A DNA stretch of 62,074 bases, counting the filler, from Collodictyon triciliatum (taxonomy: Eukaryota): assembly GCA_043381765.1 (NCBI GenBank). It is 8 parts of 8 records of this genome, joined end to end, with 100 filler letters (N's around TTAATTAATTAA, not from the genome) between each part and the next. Parts side by side here need not be neighbours in the genome. Positions count along the whole stretch, not along the records: positions 25,950 to 34,486 come from JBHJMP010003387.1; positions 34,587 to 43,118 come from JBHJMP010003388.1; 6 more parts are not named here. One strand, given 5' to 3'. Both the position numbers and the translations under genes were made by a program. The notes under the pieces were generated by a model, which had not been told where the DNA came from, searched no databases, and saw nothing but the letters and a program-made list of their open reading frames with translations. Below are positions 26,351 through 38,909 of this stretch, piece after piece. The first letter of the stretch is position 1, and each line of letters begins with the position of its first letter.

Positions 26351-29300
26351 ATGGAGTAAGTTATATTTTGCATAAAATTTTGGTGAATATAACTAAATTT
26401 GTGTATGGTATGGAAAACACGGTTCAAAAAGAAATTGAATTAGATTTTATTATATATTCCGTTAATAGATTAACGATTTCCAAGAAGGGAAATAGTATTA
26501 CCAGTTTAAATAAGTCCAAAAAAAAGCAGAAACAAAAGGCAAAAAAACAAAAGACAAAAAGACAAAAAGACAAAAAGACAAAAAGACAAAAAGACAAAAA
26601 ACAAAAAACAAAAAACAAAAGACAAAAAGACAAAAAGACAAAAAACACAGCAGAAGCGATTTCAGAAGTCGGCCGATGTCATCAAGTGTGAGCCTTGTTG
26701 ACAAGTACTATACGACGGAGCAACTCGAGCCATACCTGCGAAATGGATGGACGAAAGAAAAGTTGGAAGACTATTTGCGGCAGCAGATGCAGGGCCAAAT
26801 CGCCAGTGACGATGAGCTCGCCCTTGTAGAAGATGGAGACGGAAATGGCCAGGTTAGCTTCCGATCAATTCTTCGTTCCGTTTCCCTTCTTTCATGTTAT
26901 CTTCTTTTTATTTATTCCTTTTTTTTCTTTCTCTTGTTCAATGTCTCCTTGTCTTTCAAATGATCACAGGACGAGTTGGTAGACTTAATACTTGTTTTTA
27001 TATTTGTGTAAAGATGTGATCAATATATCAATACCTCTATATTACTTCTGCGAAGTATCAAGCCTTTTTTTTTTTTTTAAAAAAAAAGTAGTTAACGAGA
27101 CCAACAAGATCGGTAGGATGATCAATGTTTAATGGAATATAGGAACAGGCATATGAAGCAAACCATTATCAGATGCAGCACCAATCAAATGGATCAAAAA
27201 AGGAATACGACAATGAGTTGGATGTAACTTTCTCCTCTTCATATAACATCACCCCAACATTATATTGATTCATAGTGTCTTTTCTTTTCTTTTCTTTTCT
27301 TTTCTTTTCTTTTCTTTTCTTTTCTTTTCTTTTCTGCCTATCTGTTATTATTATTATTTTATTATTATTCTTATTATTCTTATTATTAAAAATGAGATTT
27401 CTCGGCCTAACGAGCTGCTTATGGCGTATTTAATTCAATTGGAATTGACATGTTAACATCGAGCATTTTACGTTGGTATGACAGGAGTTGGAGGCAGAAA
27501 TAAACGAGAAAGCAGGTGAATCACAAAATGAGAGCGCCCCACGCACAGCAAATGCAGTGCTTCACGAGGCAGAAGAATACATACATGGAGACGACTATCA
27601 TGAACAAGGAGATCAGGAGCCTGATGCAAGCAGGGTTGCAGACTCTAAGCAGAATGTTATTGGAGACTCTGGGGAAATAGAGCCTGATGAATGGAATGGC
27701 AATCCTCCTTATACAAAGGAAGAGCTGGAACAGTATCTTCAAGGAGGCTACACAAGGAAAATGGTAGATGAGTACTTTAAAACATTCTTGTCAAAGATGG
27801 AAGAGCAGCTGCAAGAAGCCACCGAGCTTGTCTTTGAACGTCCAGTCATCTGGAAAGATGGCCCACCATACCAAAGCAAAGAGCTAGTCAAATATCAATC
27901 CGAGGTGCCCTTCTATTTATAAATTATTTTTTTTGTTTATATACTTCCACGTATGAACTTTTCTTTTCTTTTTCAAAAAAAAATAATCATACCGAAAGGA
28001 ATAACACTGATTCCAATAGAAACGAATTAATTTAGCAGTATTCTAAAATTGACTTTACGGCTCAAGATTTGGATTACAATAGGCACATATATCCATACAT
28101 AAATGTTTTGTTGGGTTGTTTAAGGATGAGCAAATATGTCCATAAAATCCTTTTGTGAAATTCTAGGGGAGAACAGAGGATGATCTGGATATGAAATATT
28201 ACAGAATACAGTTGGAGAAACAGGCGAAAGCTGCAGAAAATGAAGATGATAAATTTGGGATTGACTACCGAATCTTTTCATTTCAAAAAAAGTTGAATGT
28301 TAGAGCTCGTATGGACAGTATCCGCACGGATTGCGAAGAGATTATCCAAGAAATGAAGACACTAGGAAATAACGCTAGGGTAAGCAGGATGACTATGGCC
28401 ACTTTTCATTACATCACCTCGTCTGTGATTTTCTATCGTGTTCTCATAACATTATTCAAAAAAATAAATCGAACCAGTTTCCAAATTTATGGTATATACA
28501 GTTGTTGTTTATACAGATTTTGATCAATAATTTGTACTTTTTCAATATGTACCATCTAAAGGAAGCAAAGAGCTTCTATGAGAGACAAACAATTATGATT
28601 GAGCAGCAAAAAAATCTTGTACTTGTGAAAGAAAGATATGACGAATACACAAACTTATGGAAAGAGCTTCGCTCAGTGGATGAAGAAGAAAGAGACGTAA
28701 TTCTCCTTATGCAATTCGCTGCGTAATTTTCCAATCGTACTTCTTGATGTTAAATGTACGAGAAAAATAATTCAAATGGCGTGTTTTCCTTTAATTGATA
28801 TGTAGGCAATATTAGACCGAAAATATCAGATGATGCTTAAAAAGAAACTGGAACAAAAGAAAGAAGAAAAAAACTCACCTGAAGATGCAGATAAAGAACA
28901 GAATATCACAGGAGACATGCAAGCTCTCAGTCCCAGGGTAGATATTAGTTTGGAGAGTAAAATCGAATGTGTTTTCTTCTCTTTTCTTCTCATTTAGCAT
29001 TTTTTCTTCTTTTTTTTTCTTGCTCCACAGACTATTATGCCGATATCTAAAGTTCAGCACGAAAGATGGTTTACCATTGGGAATCCCACCCCAACAGAAC
29101 AAGTTCCAAAAGCACCACGAATCAGACTTCGTAAAATTTTTCCTTTTCTTTTGATAAAGAAAGGAAATTACCATCACTATTATCATTTTGATATAGAAAC
29201 TATATCAAGAAGGTGGTTTAAACCATTTCCTCATTTATTTATTCCTATCTTGTTTGATTACATGCAGCGCCACCCCCGTTTCACATCACAAATGATAGGA

Positions 29301-29730
29301 ACATATCAGCAGCGGAAAAGGAGGAAAAGCTCAATACTTATCATGCTAATCTCTTGTCTGATGAACAATTGCACAAAGTTGATTATTCATTTGTATCTGA
29401 ACTCAACCTAAATTATCAAAGTCTTGGACAAGGTTACCCAAAATCTAATTCTGCATCCATCCTGTTAACAAAAAATTATCGGATAAATTACATAATGAAT
29501 ACTATTGGACATTTAAAAAAGATGAAATGGAAGACCAAACAAAGTACTTTCCTACTGCCATGAATCAATTTTTCATTTCGACCCATATACTCAACTGAAT
29601 AACTCGCTTACTAGCTTGGCAATTTGAGGCACTTAAAAAGCACCTAGAGCTCCTACCTCACCTCGTCAAGCTATTTGTCACAGATAACAGCTTACAAACA
29701 ATGAAAGGAATAACGCTAAAATCATTGAAG
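26351..29730 (+). CDS. Multi-exon acidic protein with three ~30-aa repeats, a coiled coil and the start of a probable LRR; 3' end runs into an N gap
   Basis: ATG GA|GTAAGT..CACAG|C AGA joins in frame to MSSSVSLVDKYY. Further GT-AG exons at about 27485-27904, 28167-28379 and 28562-28696. The last visible exon LELLPHLVKLFVTDNSLQTMKGITLKSLK fits LxxLxLxxNxL. Confidence 0.7.
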
Positions 29731-31400
29731 GTGCACTATCTCATGCACCAAATNNNNNNNNNNNNNNNNNNNNNNNNNNNNNNNNNNNNNNNNNNNNNNN
29801 NNNNNNNNNNNNNNNNNNNNNNNNNNNNNNNNNNNNNNNNNNNNNNNNNNNNNNNNNNNNNNNNNNNNNNNNNNNNNNNNNNNNNNNNNNNNNNNNNNNN
29901 NNNNNNNNNNNNNNNNNNNNNNNNNNNNNNNNNNNNNNNNNNNNNNNNNNNNNNNNNNNNNNNNNNNNNNNNNNNNNNNNNNNNNNNNNNNNNNNNNNNN
30001 NNNNNNNNNNNNNNNNNNNNNNNNNNNNNNNNNNNNNNNNNNNNNNNNNNNNNNNNNNNNNNNNNNNNNNNNNNNNNNNNNNNNNNNNNNNNNNNNNNNN
30101 NNNNNNNNNNNNNNNNNNNNNNNNNNNNNNNNNNNNNNNGTTTGGGCTCTATCTGGGAAAGTGTGACTTGTAAAATCTGAGCGTTATATCATCACGGCTT
30201 GAAAGACCTTAAGTTCTTCAATCACTCTTCTGAGCATTCATTGAAAAGGTATCCTGCTAAGAACTAGCGAGTAGGCAGCCTTGTGATATCTCTTATCTGC
30301 AGTTATGGCTGACCAAGCAAGACAAGGTCGATTCTCAAAATTATCAATGTGAGCGATATGGGAAACTTCACTTGCTGCCACCCATCTCAAGCCGTATCTC
30401 GCCACAAACCTTTTCTGATTGCGAAAGCGGCCTCGAAAGTCGATGACGGTCATAAACTTACAGAATATCTCCATCAATCAGCAGTTTTGAATATGAAGTA
30501 CACGCGTTGGCATTTTCTAAGAGAAAATGCTTACATCATCAATATTATCTGTTGTTTCTTTTTCTTTTTCTTTTTCTTTTTCTTTTTCTTTTTCTTTTCT
30601 TTTTCTTTTCTTTTTCTTTTCTTTTTCTTTTCTTTATTAGTTGTTTTGTTGTATCGCTGTAAGTAACTTGACGCCATAGGACAGAATGGGCACCAATGCT
30701 GCACCATGGAGACCCCGATAATCCTACATCGACCTCGATTATGCAATATTTAGGGATCAATTAAAAAATTATTTTATAATCGCGCCCATACCACTGATTT
30801 TTCGATAGAGCTGGGTTGTGTTCATCGAAATCCAAACAAGGACACTTTTGGATATGCTAACATATTGCCTGTATAAAGACTATCCGTTTTATTGTTTGGT
30901 GATGGGACGTCTCTCAAATTTGTACTGGTTCAATTATCGCATCATTTTTTCAGCAGGTTGTTGGTTGGGCTGGATGACATATTTTTAAACAAAGTTTATA
31001 TGAATTAATGACTTGTAGAAAACGCGTCACCTTGAAAACTTTTGATTCATTTGCGGTTTTTATGTATATTCATCAATATTGTCCCATCAAAGAATGGCAA
31101 ACTCATCAAGTTCGCAAATATAGCTCAGGCTTTCTATGTCTTCCGCCCTGTTTAGCCACATCCCTCACCCAGCATGTGTATTTTCTCCCTTGTGTGCCGT
31201 CTTCCCAAAAAGTTGTTTTTAAATCCGAAAGGTAACCTCCACGATTTTTTCCCGTATATTTTCTTTCCCATTTAATTTGTCTCACAACACACACCACACA
31301 CAAAATCAAATTGTGACAGCGATTCCCTCCTTCGGACGTTTTCTCAAACATTGCTCTTCTTTAGTCCACGGCAGTAGCTGGTTACGTTTCTCACTGGGCG

Positions 31401-32981
31401 ATGCAAAATCAATCGCCCCTTGAAGCTGTCGATGGGCAGAGCTTTCAAGGCGGCCACAACGAACAGATAGGCTATCTTGTCGGCACGGTGTGTGTCCTGG
31501 TCGACCCAGCCACATCCATGGTAACCCGCGATCCCAAACACAAAGAAACGAAATCATTTGGTCGTTCGCTCGCTTTGCCTGTTTATTAAACACGCTTTTC
31601 GCTAGCTCTCGCTTCTCGTGACAACTTCAACCTTACTCGCAACTGTGCGCTCTGTGTAGGAATGTCCCGCTATACTCATCTGTGTCCACGACCACACAAC
31701 AATCCCGACAGTCGCACCTCTACTTGCATCCTCTTCCTACGATTTTATCTCGATCGGGCCTCAATGTAATGAAGTTGTAGAGCAATATCCGCTGGCTAAC
31801 CAGCTAGAGGAGTCAACATCTACTGGAATCAGGTCGCAATATGACGCGCTGGGGCAGCCTTGGTCTTGTTCACAAAATGATTTCAATGCCAGTCTGGTTC
31901 ATCTGGCGGATTTGCATCACACACAAAACAAAAAACCAAGAAAGGTGGGTATACTTTGAAAAAAAAATGTCCAACTTTGTGATAGTTTTTTTCCTTTATT
32001 TGATTCAAGTGAAGCAAGAACTTTGTGGTAATCCTATATTGTTTCAGGCGTGACCTTGAAAGAATGTGATTTGTTTATATGAACTAAAAGTTTTTTAAAT
32101 AAAGTGGAAATATCAGTACAAAAACATATGCATGCAATGATTTCAGCGCTTTCATTTCATCCTCAATTAAGGAACATCCCTTTCAAAAAAAAAATAGGTA
32201 AGACTTAAAAGAGCCAAGGAAAAAGTTACGCAAACCCTTGCTTGTGAGATATGTAAGGTTAAAGAGACGCCTGAGTGGAGAAGAGGACCAAACGGCTCTA
32301 AAACGTATGTTTTCCTCTCTCTCTGCTATCTGTATTAAAAAAAACTTTAAGTAAAAATGAGGCATGGTTCCAATTGAAAAACTTTAATCGCCGTGGTAAT
32401 ATATTGAATTAATACATACTTTCTCGCAACATATCTATGTTTTTATAAAACTATAAAATAAGTTTGTTCACAAAAAGAAAACATATGAAGATATGTTCCT
32501 TGACAAGGTGATTAAATGAATCAATGGAATTAAAAATCAGACATATGATTAACGAATCGTTTTGCATGTTTAATTTGTGTATAGGCTTTGTAATGCGTGT
32601 GGGCTGCGATATTCGAGGCAACAGAGAGGAGCCATGACAGATATCACAGCTACCCAATCTATCAGTGAACTCAATAAGCTCGAATCAGATGAAATGAAAA
32701 CTATGAAATTCAATTTTAAACGGTCACGCTCTCCAAAACGTCGAGCCAGGGCGAAGAAATCAAATCTAGAATCACACTCTCGTCAGAATTTAGACTCGGT
32801 TCAGCCCCTGGATTGTACGTATTATGTAGGCAGTAGCAAAGTACCTTCAACTTCAAGGATGAGAACAGTCGAAGAGAGGGAAGATGCTAGGCCACTATCG
32901 TCGAACTTTGAGCCATCACAATGTTTTTTAAATTTCGGGAATCATACAACAGGCGAGTCACTAAACTTTATGTTCCTCTGA
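31401..32981 (+). CDS. GATA zinc-finger transcription factor (C-x2-C-x18-C-x2-C)
   Basis: Exons 31401-31520, about 31660-31944, 32198-32304 and 32585-32981 splice to [34 protein letters not shown], followed by basic KRSRSPKRR. Confidence 0.9.
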
Positions 32982-34030
32982 TAAAGTAATGCTATGCCAA
33001 GTAATGCCTAATTATTCACATGAATCGTATAAATTTGTTGCATACCCGCCAAGACAGCCCATAGAAAAGAACCACCACAAAAAAAAATATTTTTTTTGAA
33101 TCCTGAATAATGGCCTACCTCTTTTTTAAAATAATTTGAAACGCCAATTAGAGCATCATGCCAGTCAATCTGCAGGAACTTTGGAATAGCATCGATGTCC
33201 ACAATCTACCCAAACTGCCCGTAGTACTTAAAATCTGCGTTACGGGTTACATGTCCTCTGTGCTACTTGAGAAAACTTTGAATAAATCATAGGGCTGATA
33301 GCCGTATCTTTTTATATGTCAGGATTCTAACTAAACATGAGCATGGTTTTTTGAGAAAGAGCCAGTAGCCGGGTATGTGTGGGTGGTGGTTGTGGACTTA
33401 TGTAGCCGTGAATCCAACCCTTGAAATCTTTTCTCTAACAGGATGGGTTGACTTGCTTCTCATATTCAAAGCATGGATACAATAACTCGTGCGATTTCAG
33501 CATTCTATCCAAAAAGATGCAGAAAGATATAAAAATATGTGAAGTCTGTATTTTCCAGAAATAAAATATAGACGTCACTTTTCGTCATCATTCCACACTT
33601 CCAGACCCAGACAAACGCAGCCACACCACTGGCTTTTACATAGAAATTATCTATATATGACAATTTTTCTGCAAATGGAATTATCAAAGATCAATCAAAG
33701 CCCAAGCACCACCAGCCCATTGTCTGATCTCAAGTACACTATCAAGCAACTTCCTCCCTTGCAAAAAAGCCAATAAGCATGGTGTGATGGCTGGCCAGGA
33801 ATCTTCCAAGAGGCCCACTTGTTGGAAAAGCCAACACACGTGGGCACAACCAAACAACAGCTCACAGATAAGTGGCCCAAGTCGAAGAGACGAACGTGCC
33901 ACGATCGCAATTATAACAGAACTCCCTCAGTAATCAACACCGTGACTTGTGGGCTAGGAACTTCGTCGAGACCGGTAAATAAGAAGGGTTCCCGGCCTGT
34001 CTCAAAGACTACCTTCTATTCTCCCCCACC

Positions 34031-34414
34031 ATGCTGCTTTTCAACAGTGTTGCCCCTCAGCTGGCTTCGCTCGGTGTCTCCGCAGCCTTCCGTAATTCAG
34101 GCTGGATCTACGCCCTCTACAAGCGCATCCAGGTTTTGCCTCACTCGCTTCCTCCCTGGCATGATTTCCTTTTCCCTTTGTGCGCCTTGAGACATATGCC
34201 TTCTCTCAAGATACCCTAGAAGTCGTGATTCTATAGACAACTGAAGTTTCCCCTGCACACCGCATTTTATATCTGTTTTTTTCATTTTATTTTAGAGGCT
34301 ATACGGTTTGACTTACACCATTTGCTGACACGCTAGCTCTGGAATCGCGAGAGACTGCGCGTCCGCCGCCAGAAGCACTTCCAGACCGAGGTCCAAGATG
34401 GCTGTACCGCCCAG
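34031..34414 (+). CDS. First two exons of a hypothetical protein, truncated at contig end
   Basis: CACC-ATG; MLLFNSVAPQLASLGVSAAFRNSGWIYALYKRIQ|GT...GCTGAC..TAG|LWNRERLRVRRQKHFQTEVQDGCTAQ|GT, in phase and with GC-rich codons. Confidence 0.5.
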
Positions 34415-34421
34415 GTTCACC

Positions 34422-34486
<65 letters not shown>

Positions 34487-34586
34487 NNNNNNNNNNNNNN
34501 NNNNNNNNNNNNNNNNNNNNNNNNNNNNNNTTAATTAATTAANNNNNNNNNNNNNNNNNNNNNNNNNNNNNNNNNNNNNNNNNNNN
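34487..34586. other. Artificial concatenation linker, flanked by (CT)n and (GAAAAAA)n repeats
   Basis: 44 N + TTAATTAATTAA + 44 N. Confidence 0.97.
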
Positions 34587-34922
34587 CAGGGAAAAAAGAA
34601 AGAAAAAAAAGAAGAAAAAAAGAAAAAAAGAAAAAGAAAAAAGAAAAAAGAAAAAAGAAAAAAGAAAAAAGAAAAAAGAAAAAAGAAAAAAGAAAAAAGA
34701 AAAAAGAAAAAAGAAAAAAAGAAAAAAAGAAAAAAGAAAAAGAAAAGAAAAAGAAAAAGAAAAGTTAATTTATATGGTAACGATAATTCATCAAATCGTT
34801 AAATAATTTTGATATGTCATTCAAGTTTTTTTTTATTTCCGCAGTATCTATTCATAATTCAATATATTTTATCAACTCTGGTCGAAGAGCGGCTATTTTT
34901 CAATACAAGTTTCAGGGTATAC

Positions 34923-36608
34923 CTTAGGAAATTTCTCTTTAAAGTTTGGCGGAAAGACTGAGTCACGCAACGCGTTTAAAACCTGTGCGTAAGGTTACAA
35001 ATAATAAAGTATAGGTTAAATGTATAAGGTTTTATTACTTTAGGAGTGCCAGAAAAAAAAACCCAGATTTAAAGAAGACTTCTTTTAATGTTCAAGCTTT
35101 TTTTTTAACATACAATTCATTAATCAAATCAAAACCGTATATCTTTCCGACTCCGAATTCATGGGATAGAGGAGCTCAAAGAAAATGATACCAAGGGCAT
35201 ACATATCTACTTTCCCGTCGTAATGCATGTCACTTCCCTGTTGCTCAGGACTTTTTTTTAAAAAAAAATTGAAGACGAATTTAATGAAGGTGTGATGAAT
35301 AAATTATGTATATGACAATTGAGTGAGCGGAACGAGAAATTTTCAATGCAGATTGATAGGATTACCTGGCATACAAAGGCGTTCCTACCCCCATAGTCAT
35401 ATTGTCAACAGAAGAACAAGGTGTTTCCACTGCATTTGTCAGAGAAGCATGACTACGAAGTTTTTTCCCAGAGCGCGTTGCAAGGCCAAAATCTCCGATC
35501 TATGTTTCATAAAAGGAAATCAATGAAGTTGTATATATTTAAAGAAAAATTATAAATACAAAGTGTATATAACTTTAGGGCTACCCTAGAGTCCCCCTTC
35601 TCATCAAGGAAAATATTGTCTGGTTTAAGGTCACGATGAATTATGCGCTGTTCAGTGATAATATGATTTATCATTAAATATTTGGTGAGCCGATAAAATT
35701 CGATTCTAAACCTACGAGTTTAGTATTTAAATATATTTTCATTTAGTTTTTTCTTGAAAAAAAAACCTGGTTATGAATATACAAAAGCCCTTCAGTTACT
35801 TGGCGGAAAATCGACCAACTCAGGGCCTCATCCACTTTTTTGGACGAAATAAGCTGTTTTTAAATATATATTTTAATGATTATGCAATTCTTACAAAGAA
35901 ATTTAATACTAGTAAAAATAAGTTTAATATATATATCGTTTTTCCTTTGTTCGATTTAATAGACATATGTTAAATTTATTATAAATTTATCGAGATATAT
36001 ACATACAGTTCTCAGTGTATTTTTTGGACAGTACTCCATCTGGATATAAAGACAAAGTCGTTCGCCGCTCTCTAGATACTTTGGGCAACATGATATTAAT
36101 TTGCATTTTCTCCTCTGAAGGTCAATATTCAACAATAAGCCAGCAATTATTGAATAAGACAATATCACGCACATGAACTTGGTTCTCAAGTATGTTTGTG
36201 ACACCGTGGAATGAGTCAGTCAGCGCAACATCTAATGTTGAATTTTGGTTAAAATAAGCCAGATCATGTCCATTCTTCTCTTTTCCTTTAATGATATGAA
36301 ATGATACACTCTCCTTATGCTCATAAGAGATGGGAAGTTTAATGGGCTGTTCAACAAAACATAATTTTTTTTTTAATAACCATTACCCCTGGAACTGGAC
36401 ATCATCCAACCAGAGTCATCTTCATCGTCACTTTCGGAACCATATTCATCTTCATCTTCATCTCCCTCCTTTTCCTCGCCTTTATTCTCGAAATCTGAAT
36501 TGAGATAGTATATGTTTATGGACCAAACGGAAAGAAATATTTTTTTCCCTTCATCGCTTAATTATCATGAGTTGTAAATTATTCTAATAAGATTCAACTG
36601 GGCCATGT

Positions 36609-36705
<97 letters not shown>

Positions 36706-38812
36706 TTTTCAACGATTAAATATGAAAGATTATGAATAAAGACTGAGTAATAGTAAAAAAAAAAAAAAGAAAGAAAGAAAAAGCGGTAGATGATTCATGC
36801 ATACATAGTTATAATGGTGTGCTAATTAAAATTTTCATGAGCCTAAACCATAAAATGACCTGTTTCAATCCATGCCTGGTAGTATCTTACAATGTGTTGG
36901 TGTTGCAAGCGAGAAAGTGTGATAACTTCCCGAAATATTGCACTGTTTCGATTCTATACAAAGACAATTAAAAAATAATTTGTTATACTAATAAATAAAT
37001 CAAATAGTAAACAGCTCTGTATAATAATTTTCGATATTTTACCCTAGCAGCAGATCCTTTTAACAAAATCTTCTTTACTGCGTATAGTTGTCCATCAAGT
37101 TTATTTCGAACCTAAACAGAAATTAAAAAAAAAAGCATTTTATTTAACAATTACCTTATGCAAGAGGGCTCTTAAATTACACTAGTATATACACTTGATA
37201 TGTTGTTGTACCTTAACAACAGCACCGAATCCACCACGACCCAGCTTTTCAATTTCTTCAAAGTCTGTTTTGTATCTTGAAGGAAATTTTCTATTCGGAT
37301 TAGATAAATTTGTTATTTTGTTTCTTAAATGAATAATCTTCGAGGAAATATATTCACGCTACAATTGGCATGAGAGTTTGTATCGATTAAACAAAATACT
37401 GTGTATTTGGAAATGAATCTGATGGCCTTCTTCCATGGACGTTAGTATCTGGATTTATCCTCTATTGTGATACAAGTTACTGTTTTAAATAGAAAACAAT
37501 ATAATTGACTTTACTGGACATCACAACTTTACCAAAGTCATATGAATATCGAAAGTTCGAAAACCTTTGACTTGCTTTCAGGAGTTGATTTGTCTGACTC
37601 TTCTTCCGATTCCTCTGATAACAAGGAAGGATTTGCTATCGATGGAATCGATTTGAGTATAAGTGATTTTATGACCAACTTGATTTTTTTAATAAAATTT
37701 TAAAAATTCCATCTTACTAGTACGGAATGGTGAGTTTATCAAATGGTGGCGGATATTAGCAGTCATAATAAATTCATGCTGAAGTAGTTGAGATGCTTGC
37801 GGGCGAGATGCTGGTTTTCTAAACAAGTTAAATTTATGACGGGTGATTTTTTTTTAATATTTCTTTTCTTTTGGAAAATATTACATAATAGTTGATTGCA
37901 ATCACAAAGGAACAAACTAAACCTTTTCAAACAGTTCGATAGAAAATCTATTCCAGTCTTGGACAGGTTTGTTGGCATTGGAATAGTGTATGAATCCGAT
38001 GTAATTTTCGAGATTGAGTCCTGCCAAATGGTTGGGAAATTCATTTTTCATTAATACAAGTTCATAAGTGCATACCGCTTCACTTGTAGGAGAGTATTAA
38101 ATGTTTGAGATATATAGAGGTCATTTTTACCAAGAAGCGAAAATCATATTACTTTTTTGAAAGAAAAAAGTAAAAAGAGAAATCATATATATCGTTGAGC
38201 AGGATTTTACACCATACTTTCGGTTCAAAATCTTCTGAAAAAGGTGGACTGTTATTAAATAATTCAATAACCAGGCATCCTAGGCTCCATATGTCTGATG
38301 AGCTATAATCGAGGAGCAAATGAACATTGATATCCTGAACTCTTTAATCAATTACATTTTAAAAGACATCTTGTGTATTTATAAGAAAGGCACCATTCGA
38401 TACTCCGATGGAGAAGGACTTCCGGTGCTAGCCTATATATTTAATATCAAAAATGACATGCCTTGAACCCAAACTAAAAAATAATATTATATCGATCAAT
38501 ATATAATGAGTGTATTATTATGTGCATACCAATAACAAATACGAGTCATCCAACTATCATCTGCTTTTGGATGTGGGAGGTTAAACATTCCTATTGCAAT
38601 TAATAAGGGGGCAGGGAGATTTATGTAAAGGGGATATTAACACTAAAATTTAAAAAAAATCAAAAATTATTGAATGATTTCAAGCTGCAACTATTTCTCA
38701 GGTAGCATTTATATACTTCCTATATCAGGATAAAGCCCATAGTCAATCAGTTTAATTGTCCCAAACCCGTCAACAAGGACATTAGTAGCTATAGAGTCAA
38801 AGGCATAATTAT

Positions 38813-38909
<97 letters not shown>

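Noticed and set aside
25611..26700. Joining the mitochondrial-type first exon at 25611 to the acidic protein gene
   Set aside because: They are separated by a concatenation linker, so they lie on different scaffolds.
33414..33451. CAACCC...GGGTTG inverted repeat as an ncRNA
   Set aside because: Only about 6 bp of stem, expected by chance.
34587..34923. GCN2 naturally lacking the HisRS-like domain
   Set aside because: The gene runs off the contig end, so the absence is uninformative.
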